This document shows positions 19,210 to 27,054 of a stretch of DNA of 27,054 bases, in pieces. The DNA is from an uncultured bacterium (GTDB lineage Bacteria; UBA8481). The notes beneath the pieces were generated by a model, which saw only the letters and a program-made list of their open reading frames with translations, was not told the origin of the DNA and searched no databases. Both the position numbers and the translations under genes were made by a program. Each line of letters opens with the position of its first letter. The first letter of the stretch is position 1. The DNA is taken from positions 62,001 to 89,054 of the forward strand of contig CAZCME010000018.1 of the NCBI GenBank assembly GCA_964499705.1, given 5' to 3'.

Positions 19210-20223
19210 ATGACGCCTCCTGTATTCGAAGGCCTTCGCGGCGCGAGAGTCCTCATTACCGGCGGTTGCGGATTCATCGGTTCGTCGCTGGCAAGACAGC
19301 TCCTGGTGCTGGGCTCGGACGTGACGCTGGTGGACAGCCTCATTCCTGCCTACGGCGGAAACCTCTTCAATATCAGCGATATCCGTGACCGCCTGTCGGT
19401 TAATATCGCGGATGTCCGCGACCCTCACGCCCTCTCCTATCTGGTACGTGACCGCGATTTTCTATTCAATCTCGCAGGCCAGACCAGCCACCTGGATTCG
19501 ATGAAGGACCCTTTCACGGATCTCGAGATTAACGCCAAGGCACAGCTGTCCATCCTGGAGGCCTGTCGCCTGTATAATCCGCGCATCAAGATCATCTTCG
19601 CGAGCACGCGCCAGATTTACGGGAAACCCGATTACCTGCCTGTAGACGAGTCGCATCCTGTCCGGCCCATTGATGTGAACGGCATCAACAAGCTCGCCGG
19701 GGAAATGTACCATAAGCTCTATTACAACGCCTATGGCATCCGGTCCTGCGCTCTGCGGATGACGAATACATATGGACCCGGCATGCGCGTCCAGGATGCC
19801 CGACAGACGTTTCTCGGTGTCTGGATCCGTCGGCTGATCGACGAGAAGCCGATTGTGATTTACGGAAACGGCCGGCAGCTGCGTGACTTCAACTTTGTTT
19901 CCGATGCCGTGGACGCGCTGCTTCTGGCCGCCGTAAAGCCCGAAGCGGACGGAGCAGTCTTCAATCTCGGTAGCAGAGAATTCGTCAGTCTGGCGGATCT
20001 TGCCGGATTGCTGGTCCGCATGGTACCGGGCGCGCGTTGTGAATTCGTCGAATTTCCCGGCGATTTAAAGACGATCGATATTGGAGATTATTACGCCGAC
20101 TACGGAAAGATCGCTCGGACCCTCGATTGGGAGCCCCGCATCGCTCTCGCCGAAGGTCTTGCAAGAACTCTGGAGTATTACAGGATAAATCGGGCTCACT
20201 ATTGGAAAGCGGACGACGCATGA
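19210..20223 (+). CDS. NAD-dependent epimerase/dehydratase (extended SDR) with atypical active site
   Basis: VLITGGCGFIGS, FNLAG, TNTYGP and RDFNFV; the YxxxK position reads NGINK. Start placed at ATG 19210. Confidence 0.9.
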   Translation: MTPPVFEGLRGARVLITGGCGFIGSSLARQLLVLGSDVTLVDSLIPAYGGNLFNISDIRDRLSVNIADVRDPHALSYLVRDRDFLFNLAGQTSHLDSMKDPFTDLEINAKAQLSILEACRLYNPRIKIIFASTRQIYGKPDYLPVDESHPVRPIDVNGINKLAGEMYHKLYYNAYGIRSCALRMTNTYGPGMRVQDARQTFLGVWIRRLIDEKPIVIYGNGRQLRDFNFVSDAVDALLLAAVKPEADGAVFNLGSREFVSLADLAGLLVRMVPGARCEFVEFPGDLKTIDIGDYYADYGKIARTLDWEPRIALAEGLARTLEYYRINRAHYWKADDA

Positions 20224-21317
20224 TCCGCATGAACGATTTCCAGGCGGAGCCCAAAGAATTGTTTCAGCGTCAGATGCAGGCCGTCGAGCGCGTGCTGCGG
20301 GGGGGCCGGTTCATCCTGGGTAGCGAAGTGGCCAAGTTCGAATCGGCCTGGGCGAACGCGTGCGGCGCTCGCTATGCCGTCGGCGTTGGGAGTGGACTGG
20401 ATGCCCTGGAAATCGGCATGCGGGCTCTGGGAATCGGGGCGGGAGATGAAGTCGTCACGACATCCCTGACCGCTTTCGCCACGGTGCTGGCGGTCATGCG
20501 CGCGGGGGCGACGCCCGTTCTCGCCGACATCGATCCTCAGACGGGCCTCATGGATCCCGACAGTGTCGAGCGCTGCCTGTCGTCCAGGACGAAAGCGGTC
20601 CTGCTGGTCCATCTGTACGGCCGGATGCGGGAGATGGATCGCTGGCAGGATCTGTGTCGATCTGCCCGTGTTCTCATCCTGGAGGACTGCGCGCAGGCGC
20701 ATCTGGCTTCATGGAATGGCCGGGCCGCGGGGCGGCACGGGGAATGGGGAGCCTACAGCTTTTATCCCACGAAAAACCTGGGCGCGCTGGGTGACGCCGG
20801 AGCCCTCGTCACGGATGACGAATCCGTCGCCCAACGGGCCCGGATTCTCAGGAACTATGGCCAGGCGGAGCGCTATCACCACGTGGAGCCCGGCCTCAAC
20901 AGCCGTCTGGATGAAATCCAGGCGGCCCTCCTTTCCGTGCGGCTCGGCTATCTGCAGGATTTCACCGAGCGGCGTCGCGGTATTGCTCGTCTGTATCACG
21001 CGTCCATCCGGAATCCCGCCGTCACCCTGCTGCAGTCTTCCCCCGACGATTCCAACCACGTCCATCACCTGTTTGTCCTGCTCTGCAATGAGCGAAACCG
21101 GCTTATCCGGCACCTCGAAGAGCATGATATCCTCGCCCTGTCTCATTACCCCGTCCCCATTCACCGCCAGCCACCGTGCCGCGAGGCTCGTCGCGATCCT
21201 CAGGGGCTTCGCCGGGCCGAGCATTTCGCGGATCGATGCCTATCCATACCCTGTCACCCGCACATGAGCGAATCGGATGTTCAGCGCGTCGCGGAAGCCA
21301 TCAATGCCTTCCGCTGA
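20220..21317 (+). CDS. DegT/DnrJ/EryC1/StrS-family PLP-dependent sugar aminotransferase
   Basis: VHLYG, EDCAQAH, SFYPTKNLGALGDAG (PLP Lys), NSRLDEIQAA and HYPVPIH. Start placed at the ATGA overlap (20220). Confidence 0.95.
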   Translation: MIRMNDFQAEPKELFQRQMQAVERVLRGGRFILGSEVAKFESAWANACGARYAVGVGSGLDALEIGMRALGIGAGDEVVTTSLTAFATVLAVMRAGATPVLADIDPQTGLMDPDSVERCLSSRTKAVLLVHLYGRMREMDRWQDLCRSARVLILEDCAQAHLASWNGRAAGRHGEWGAYSFYPTKNLGALGDAGALVTDDESVAQRARILRNYGQAERYHHVEPGLNSRLDEIQAALLSVRLGYLQDFTERRRGIARLYHASIRNPAVTLLQSSPDDSNHVHHLFVLLCNERNRLIRHLEEHDILALSHYPVPIHRQPPCREARRDPQGLRRAEHFADRCLSIPCHPHMSESDVQRVAEAINAFR

Positions 21318-22263
21318 TCGTACGGAACATTTCTGCACGCTCTTTGACAGCCATTTTCTCCCCTCCGGGCTGGCTCTCCATGAATCGCTCGCCGGCCATG
21401 CGCAATCCTTTCACCTCTGGATTCTCTGCATGGATGACAGGACGGAAGAGGCTCTGAGAACGCTCGCGCCCGAAAACGTCTCCCTCATTCCGCTTCGAGA
21501 GATGGAAACAGCCGCGCTTTCGGAGGTGAAGAAGGAGCGTTCCTTGCGCGAATACTGTTGGACCCTGACACCCTTCATATTCACCGCCGTGTTCGATCGG
21601 GATCCCGATATCCGGCGCGTGACCTATCTGGATGCGGATCTCTACTTCTTCGACGATCCGCGAATCCTCCTGAAGGAAATGGACGCGGAAGAGAAGACGG
21701 TCCTCATCACGCATCACGCTCCCGATCCCCGGTACGATTCAGCCCCGATTCACGGAAAATACTGCGTTCAGTTCGTCACCTTCGGTCGCGACGCCGCATC
21801 CGTCTCGATTCTCGATCGCTGGCAGCGCGACTGCCTGGCATGGTGTTTCGCGCGATACGATGTCCCCGGCCGATTCGGAGACCAGATGTACCTGGATGGC
21901 TGGCCGGAAGATTACCCTGACGCCGTCCATGTCGTCACGAGGACGGACAGGACATTGGCTCCCTGGAATGTCCACTATTTCTCTGGAAAAATCGGCGCCG
22001 GTCTGCGCCCTGTTTTTTACCACTTCCACGGTCTGCGTATCGTCTCGCACGAATCCATTCTCCTCTACATCCGTTACCACGTGGGCCGGTTCGGCGACTC
22101 CCTGTACGATCGCTATACCGAAGCGCTCCAGAAACAGATCTCCCGGTTGCGATCTTTCGACATTCCCCTGCTGCCCCTGTCCATGTCCCGGGAAAAACTC
22201 GGATGGCTCAGGCAACTCAAGAGAAGAATCTGCGGGGAAATCCGGTTCGCCAGGATCGCATGA
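21304..22263 (+). CDS. Putative glycosyltransferase (GT-A fold)
   Basis: HFCTLFD, CWTLTP, YLDADLYFF (DxD), GDQMYLDGWP, APWN and FYHFHG. Confidence 0.8.
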   Translation: MPSADRTEHFCTLFDSHFLPSGLALHESLAGHAQSFHLWILCMDDRTEEALRTLAPENVSLIPLREMETAALSEVKKERSLREYCWTLTPFIFTAVFDRDPDIRRVTYLDADLYFFDDPRILLKEMDAEEKTVLITHHAPDPRYDSAPIHGKYCVQFVTFGRDAASVSILDRWQRDCLAWCFARYDVPGRFGDQMYLDGWPEDYPDAVHVVTRTDRTLAPWNVHYFSGKIGAGLRPVFYHFHGLRIVSHESILLYIRYHVGRFGDSLYDRYTEALQKQISRLRSFDIPLLPLSMSREKLGWLRQLKRRICGEIRFARIA

Positions 22264-23186
22264 CGATTGAAGTGAGCGGCGGATCGAATCGAGCGCCGAC
22301 CATGGCGGAATATCGAAAGAGGATCCGATTCTCCACGGCACGTTCAGGCGGCCGCGGCCTTGTTGGAACGCAACACCATGCGCCATCCGCGGGGCAACCC
22401 CTTATCACCGTGATCACGGTCGCCATGAACGCGGAGGCGTCGTTGGAGAGGACCATCAACAGCGTTCTCGCTCAAACCTATCCCCACGTGGAATATATCG
22501 TCCTCGATGGCGGATCCCATGATCGCACGCCGGAGATACTTCAGGACTACAGCGACCGGATCGCCTTTTGGTCAACCGAACCGGACGCCGGCATCTACGA
22601 CGCCATGAACAAGGGCATTTCGATCGCGTCCGGCGACTGGATTCATCTCCTGAACGCCGACGACGTGTACACTTCCGCGGATGCCCTGGCGAACATCGCT
22701 CCGCTCCTTGACGAAAAGATGACCAACTATTTCGCCCTGTATCTGGAGTCGGCGGAGGGCGAGCGAAGAATGCATCGCTTTTCGTATTCGCCGTGGATGC
22801 AATTCGTGAAAGCCAACATCATCCACCCTTCCCTCCTCGTCTCGCGCCTGCAATACGAAAAGGTCGGCCTGTACGACACGTCGTTTCCGCTGGCGGCGGA
22901 CCACGATTTCATACTGAGATTATCCCGTTCTTTCCCTCCGCGCGGATCCGACTTCCCCCTGGTTGTGATGCGCCAGACGGGAGCCTCTCACAGGCAACTA
23001 TGGTCGGCATGCCGGGAATTCCGGGACGTGACTATTCGGCACGGCGCTCCCCGCCTTGCCGCGGAACTCCTGGCGCCGCTGAAATACTGCCTATGGAAAC
23101 TTCCCCTCGCGTGGAGGCGCTTTATCCGGAATGCTATTTCTCCGGCAAGCTCCTACCGGAAGGCCACTGAAGTGTCGCCTCCGTGA
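22260..23186 (+). CDS. Glycosyltransferase family 2
   Basis: LITVITV, SVLAQTY, DGGSHDRT, EPDAGIYDAMNKG, LNADD and AADHDF; ATGA overlap. Confidence 0.92.
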   Translation: MTIEVSGGSNRAPTMAEYRKRIRFSTARSGGRGLVGTQHHAPSAGQPLITVITVAMNAEASLERTINSVLAQTYPHVEYIVLDGGSHDRTPEILQDYSDRIAFWSTEPDAGIYDAMNKGISIASGDWIHLLNADDVYTSADALANIAPLLDEKMTNYFALYLESAEGERRMHRFSYSPWMQFVKANIIHPSLLVSRLQYEKVGLYDTSFPLAADHDFILRLSRSFPPRGSDFPLVVMRQTGASHRQLWSACREFRDVTIRHGAPRLAAELLAPLKYCLWKLPLAWRRFIRNAISPASSYRKATEVSPP

Positions 23187-24289
23187 GCGGAAACGCCGGC
23201 GGAAGAATTCGCGTGCTGCATGTCATTGTCGGACTCGGTTTCGGCGGCGCGGAGAAGGTCATGGCGGAAATCGTGTCCACGCTGGATGCGTCTCGTTTCG
23301 ACGTTTCCGTTCTCGCGCTGAAATCCGGAGGTCCCTGGGAAGGGATTCTCAAATCGCGTGGAATTCCCGTCGCAACTCTCGACGGCCGGAGTCTCCTCGA
23401 TCCCGCACTCCTCCTCCGCGCCTCTCGATTTTTCCGGACGCGATCGTTCGACATCATCCATTCTCACCTCACGTGGGCCGATTTCCTGGCTGCGCTCTTC
23501 AAGCGTCATGCTCGACTCGTCTGGCACGATCATGACACGGGCGAATCGCTTCCTTTTTCGAGCCGCTCTCTGGAACGGCTCCTCATCCCCCGCAGCGACG
23601 TCGTGATCGCCGTTTCGCGGTCGGTGCAGGAACGCCTGAAAGCCCGATGTCCGGTCATTGGCGACCGCATCCGCATACTGCCCAATTCCATCCTGTTCCC
23701 ACCGCAGGATCAACTTTCGCACGTTCCGTCCGAAGTGTTTCGAATCGGCTTCGTGGGGAGAATCGACGATCCCAAGAAGGGTCTCTCGATTCTGCTCCGT
23801 GCCGCGGCCGCCGTAGCCCGGGTCCACGCCGGTGCCCGCTTTGTCATGGTTGGTGACGGACCGGCCGCCGATCGATTAAAGAGGCTTTCGTCGAGCCTAG
23901 GCCTGGAAAAGTCCGTGGAATGGCTTCCGGCGAGAACGGATGTTTGGAGCGTGTACCGATCGCTGGACCTCTTCGTCCTGCCTTCTCTCTGGGAAGGCTT
24001 CGGCATCGCGCTGCTGGAAGCCATGGGCTGCGGACTGCCCGTGGTTGCGTCCCGAGTCGGTGGCATTCCCGAAGTGGTCATCGATCGGAAAACCGGAATT
24101 CTCGTTCCTCCGGGCAATGCAGAAGCGCTCGCAGATGCCATCCTGGAAATGATCCGGGATCCGGAAATCCGCCGCAGCATGGGGGACGAAGCGCGACGCC
24201 ATGCGCGCACGAATTTCGACATGACGAAACGCATCGCTGAGCTGGAATCGATCTATCGATCGCTTTTGGATTCCCCCGACATCCGATAG
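23183..24289 (+). CDS. Glycosyltransferase family 4
   Basis: GGAEK, FVGRI...KKG, VGDGP and DLFVLPSLWEGFGIALLEAMGCGLPVVASRVGGIPEV (EX7E); GTGA overlap. Confidence 0.95.
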   Translation: MSGNAGGRIRVLHVIVGLGFGGAEKVMAEIVSTLDASRFDVSVLALKSGGPWEGILKSRGIPVATLDGRSLLDPALLLRASRFFRTRSFDIIHSHLTWADFLAALFKRHARLVWHDHDTGESLPFSSRSLERLLIPRSDVVIAVSRSVQERLKARCPVIGDRIRILPNSILFPPQDQLSHVPSEVFRIGFVGRIDDPKKGLSILLRAAAAVARVHAGARFVMVGDGPAADRLKRLSSSLGLEKSVEWLPARTDVWSVYRSLDLFVLPSLWEGFGIALLEAMGCGLPVVASRVGGIPEVVIDRKTGILVPPGNAEALADAILEMIRDPEIRRSMGDEARRHARTNFDMTKRIAELESIYRSLLDSPDIR

Positions 24290-24966
24290 GTCCCCTCGAA
24301 CCGCAGGAGCACCGGTATCCCTTCGCTCAGGTAGATGTCGCCCGACAACGAACCGGGATTCCTCATGACGAAATCATAGGCCTGCTTCGCTTCGAATTCG
24401 GTCGCCGGAACGATCAGGTCGAGCCGTGCGTCGCGACCTCCGATCGTGTGGAATTCCATGTCGAGTCGCGCGGGCGAGAGCAGGTCGAAGGGTTTCACGG
24501 CGGTCACATATCCGTTGACGTAGGTGCCAGCAGGAAGAACCAGCCTGTCACCCGACCAGATGTCCTCGGTCGTTTCCGCGAGAACCGATTGCCCCAGGAA
24601 CGATGTGCTTGAAGACAACGAACTCAACAGGCGCGCCCATACCCGCGTTCCATGCCGCACGACGGATGTCGCCGGCAAAGCACGCGATCTCTCCGCGCGA
24701 ACCGATTCCGACGATGTCCGGCTCCCGGTTCCGGGCGCGTTGGTCGCCGAGGCGATCGCTTCCGCATCATTCCGGCCTTCGGCTTGATCGAGCTCATCAT
24801 TCTCATACTCATCGGCGGGCGTCATGACATTCACCGGCGGCGACGTGACGGGCTCCATTTCCTGCACAAGTCCCGGTCGATCGACCGCATACAGTGCGTA
24901 CGTGATTCCGAACAGAACAACGGCAACAGTCGTAAAGAGAAGAAATAGCTTTGAGGACGTGGACAT
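24253..24966 (-). CDS. Membrane-anchored hypothetical protein with a TrbI/VirB10-like C-terminal domain
   Basis: N-terminal transmembrane segment, low-complexity linker, then ARLLSSLSS...GQSVLA...VLPAGTYVNGYV...ARLDMEF; GGAGG ribosome-binding site upstream. Confidence 0.6.
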   Translation of the reverse strand: MSTSSKLFLLFTTVAVVLFGITYALYAVDRPGLVQEMEPVTSPPVNVMTPADEYENDELDQAEGRNDAEAIASATNAPGTGSRTSSESVRAERSRALPATSVVRHGTRVWARLLSSLSSSTSFLGQSVLAETTEDIWSGDRLVLPAGTYVNGYVTAVKPFDLLSPARLDMEFHTIGGRDARLDLIVPATEFEAKQAYDFVMRNPGSLSGDIYLSEGIPVLLRFEGTYRMSGESKSDR

Positions 24967-25044
24967 GGTTCAATACCTCCCGGGCAATCTGCCCGAGGAT
25001 CAATACCTGCAGATGGCGTGCCGATGGAGCCGCGCGATCCGGTC

Positions 25045-25073
25045 TTGACCGCGACTCGGGAGGCGGTTAAAGT
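25045..25073 (+). promoter_or_regulatory. Sigma70-type promoter for rpmB
   Basis: TTGACC (25045-25050), 17-nt spacer, TAAAGT (25068-25073); AAAGGAG ribosome-binding site at 25089-25095. Confidence 0.7.
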
Positions 25074-25105
25074 CTTCGCCTCACTTTGAAAGGAGTTTTT
25101 CGGTC

Positions 25106-25300
25106 ATGCCAAGTCAGATCTGCCGTGTCTGCGGGAAAGCGTCCGCGTCCGGCCACAATGTCAGCCACTCGAATAGAAAGACCAACAGGAAGTGGCGCCC
25201 CAATCTTCAGAAGGTCCGCATCAAGGTGGGCGGAACCATCATGACCGCCATGGTCTGCGCTCGCTGCATCAAGGGTGGCAAGATCGCCAAGGCGGGGTGA
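25106..25300 (+). CDS. rpmB: 50S ribosomal protein L28
   Basis: CRVCGK...[22 protein letters not shown]...VCARCIK; 64 aa, basic. Confidence 0.98.
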   Translation: MPSQICRVCGKASASGHNVSHSNRKTNRKWRPNLQKVRIKVGGTIMTAMVCARCIKGGKIAKAG

Positions 25301-25329
25301 AACGGGAAGGATGAACTCATCCTTCCGTT
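25301..25329. terminator. Hairpin between convergent genes, probable bidirectional terminator
   Basis: Core stem GGAAGGATG-aact-CATCCTTCC, extended by AACG/CGTT with a 1-nt bulge. U-tracts are weak. Confidence 0.6.
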
Positions 25330-26902
25330 ATAGATTCTCCGAATCCCACGTCCCGATCGTGACTCCGACCGGGCGGCGGTTCACCGCGGAATGCTCGATT
25401 CCTTCCAGAAGCTGGTTGATGACGTCCACAGCCGCATAGGTCGGCTTCCCCGGCGGCAGAAAGCGGTCGAGTTCCAGAAGGTCGTCGCCGCATGTGATGA
25501 GCGGGAGCTCTTCGGTGCCGTCTTTCGTCACCTGCGGCATCCCGATGTTGGCCATGAGGGAATTGCAAAGACACTTCTTTCCTTCCGTCCCCTCGGCCGT
25601 TCCGCCCTTCTGGACATAGTGTTCGACGGGCTCGGAAGCGCATCGATATCCCACCGTGCCGTCTTCCTTCTTGTAGCTCTCTCGCAAGTAGCCGAGATCG
25701 CAGACGCGCTTCCTCTGGAGATAGATTTCCTTCTCCGAGATGGTGTTTTCCAGGAGCGCCACCTTGAAGGGAAATCCGGTCGGCGACGCGACCGCGTCGG
25801 TGAAGATGACGGCTCGCCGTTCCATCGCTTTCCGGATGAGCCGATCCTTGTACTCGGCGGTCATGCCGGATTCCTCGCAGAACGCGAAAGCCGTCCCGAC
25901 CTGGATGCCGGTCCCTCCGATCGCGAGGACTTCCCGGAGCTTTTCCGGGCGGGCCGCGGAGCCCGCCACCCAGAACGGCAGGCCCAGCTTCGCGATTTCC
26001 TCCAGGTCGACCACGTCGCGCTCCCCGTAGATCGGCTGGCCGTCGTCCGTCAGTGTCAGTTTTCCGCGCGGCGGCGCGTTGTGTCCGCCGGCTGTCGGTC
26101 CTTCGATGATGAATCCATGGATCTTGCCGTTCGATTTTTTCATCAGGGTCACCGCGAGCGTGTTCGAGGCGATGATCGGAAGAAACCAGGGTCTCGGAAG
26201 CGGCGGCAGTTCGCATTCCATGAATTCGCGCGGGTCGAAGCGCATCTTCATATCGTCGCCCGCGGCGGCTCCGGTCACGTTCAATTTGTATTCCGCCGGC
26301 TGATGATTCACATAGGCATCGAGAACGCCCGGCACATCCTTGGGAATGCCCGCGCCCATGAGAACCGCCGTCACTCCGGCCAGCATCGCGCCGTACATCG
26401 ACGGGAGGTGGGGCAGCTGGATCTTTTCGAGGTAGTTGATGCCGACCGGTCCGTCGTGTCCTTCCTTCGCCAGGAAGACCTCGACGAAGTTCGAGACGAT
26501 GCAGAGCTCCTGCGCCGGCCGTGGAGCCTTCAGAGAATGCATCAATACTCCCTTATAGGGCTGTCCCGGCTTTCGGCCGCCGGAAATGAAATACTTGTCC
26601 AGGATGCGCCTGGACATCTCGGGGAAGGGAAAATGTTCCATGGCCCTGCGACAATGTCCTTCCGGATCGCCGTCCTGAAGGCGCCGGGCGAGGATGAGGT
26701 CGAGCGCGGTGCCGGATACGACTCCCAGCTGGCCGGCTCGGGAAACGGCATTCGCGAGATACCACCAGGATACGCCCGCTCCCATGCCTCCCTGGATGAT
26801 GGGAGGAAGCGCTATTTTCTCGTCGTGCACAATGGCGCCCGCCGGGGTCCGACCGGCTTGAGGAATCGACGCGGACGCCATGGATGGCGCGGGAGTGTCC
26901 AC
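25328..26902 (-). CDS. Nitronate monooxygenase / FabK / FabX-family FMN flavoprotein (long form)
   Basis: PIIQGGMGAGVS, LMGAGIP, IEGPTAGGHN, GIQVGTAF and SPTGFP; GTG start with GGAGG 7 nt upstream. Confidence 0.88.
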   Translation of the reverse strand: MDTPAPSMASASIPQAGRTPAGAIVHDEKIALPPIIQGGMGAGVSWWYLANAVSRAGQLGVVSGTALDLILARRLQDGDPEGHCRRAMEHFPFPEMSRRILDKYFISGGRKPGQPYKGVLMHSLKAPRPAQELCIVSNFVEVFLAKEGHDGPVGINYLEKIQLPHLPSMYGAMLAGVTAVLMGAGIPKDVPGVLDAYVNHQPAEYKLNVTGAAAGDDMKMRFDPREFMECELPPLPRPWFLPIIASNTLAVTLMKKSNGKIHGFIIEGPTAGGHNAPPRGKLTLTDDGQPIYGERDVVDLEEIAKLGLPFWVAGSAARPEKLREVLAIGGTGIQVGTAFAFCEESGMTAEYKDRLIRKAMERRAVIFTDAVASPTGFPFKVALLENTISEKEIYLQRKRVCDLGYLRESYKKEDGTVGYRCASEPVEHYVQKGGTAEGTEGKKCLCNSLMANIGMPQVTKDGTEELPLITCGDDLLELDRFLPPGKPTYAAVDVINQLLEGIEHSAVNRRPVGVTIGTWDSENL

Positions 26903-27054
26903 GAGCCTACCTCCTGCCTGACGGAGCGTGAAATTTACGGGAATCCATGCGAAATAGGGTACCAGAAGTCAAAGCCGCGAGCACTCAAATAAATCACCGG
27001 TGTACGCGCAAAGTAGTAAGTTCCGCTTCTGCAAAGTAGAAAGGACCGCCCCGG

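Noticed and set aside
12659..22259. Upstream-extended track starts (12659, 16485, 19027, 20127, 21277, 22203)
   Set aside because: They overlap upstream genes deeply; downstream ATGs give ATGA overlaps or short gaps typical of an operon.
24253..24966. Conjugative element or type IV secretion locus
   Set aside because: Only one VirB10-like gene; no relaxase, ATPase, integrase or att sites.
25391..26992. 533-aa plus-strand ORF
   Set aside because: Antisense shadow of the flavoprotein gene, which has the motifs and a ribosome-binding site.
27008..27039. 9-bp direct repeat GCAAAGTAG (27008, 27031)
   Set aside because: Only two short copies at the window edge; could be a regulator site but cannot be told from chance here.

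Overview
High-GC bacterial chromosomal segment. I found no rRNA, tRNA, CRISPR array or transposase. Left (minus strand): a run of polC (PolC-type DNA polymerase III alpha), gmd, a LipM-like lipoyl/octanoyl transferase, a secreted FG-GAP repeat protein and bioA (cut by the window edge). A 101-bp palindrome with perfect 29-bp arms sits between polC and gmd. Middle (plus strand, about 9.8-24.3 kb): a lower-GC surface-glycan cluster headed by a GbsR/MarR-type regulator whose promoter is followed by a 20-bp palindromic operator. It encodes a Wzx flippase, four SAM methyltransferases, a CstII/Maf-like (DUF115) protein, a CBS-NeuB-SAF-TIM-barrel fusion, NeuA, an SDR lacking the catalytic Tyr, a DegT aminotransferase and three glycosyltransferases; a fourth is divergently transcribed. 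Right: an orphan VirB10/TrbI-like membrane protein, rpmB (L28) and a FabX-like 'nitronate monooxygenase' flavoprotein. Most notable: a PolC in a high-GC genome with a degenerate PHP metal site, a NeuC-less nonulosonic acid module built on a four-domain NeuB, and the REP/MITE-like palindrome. All assignments come from reading motifs by eye; no searches were run.
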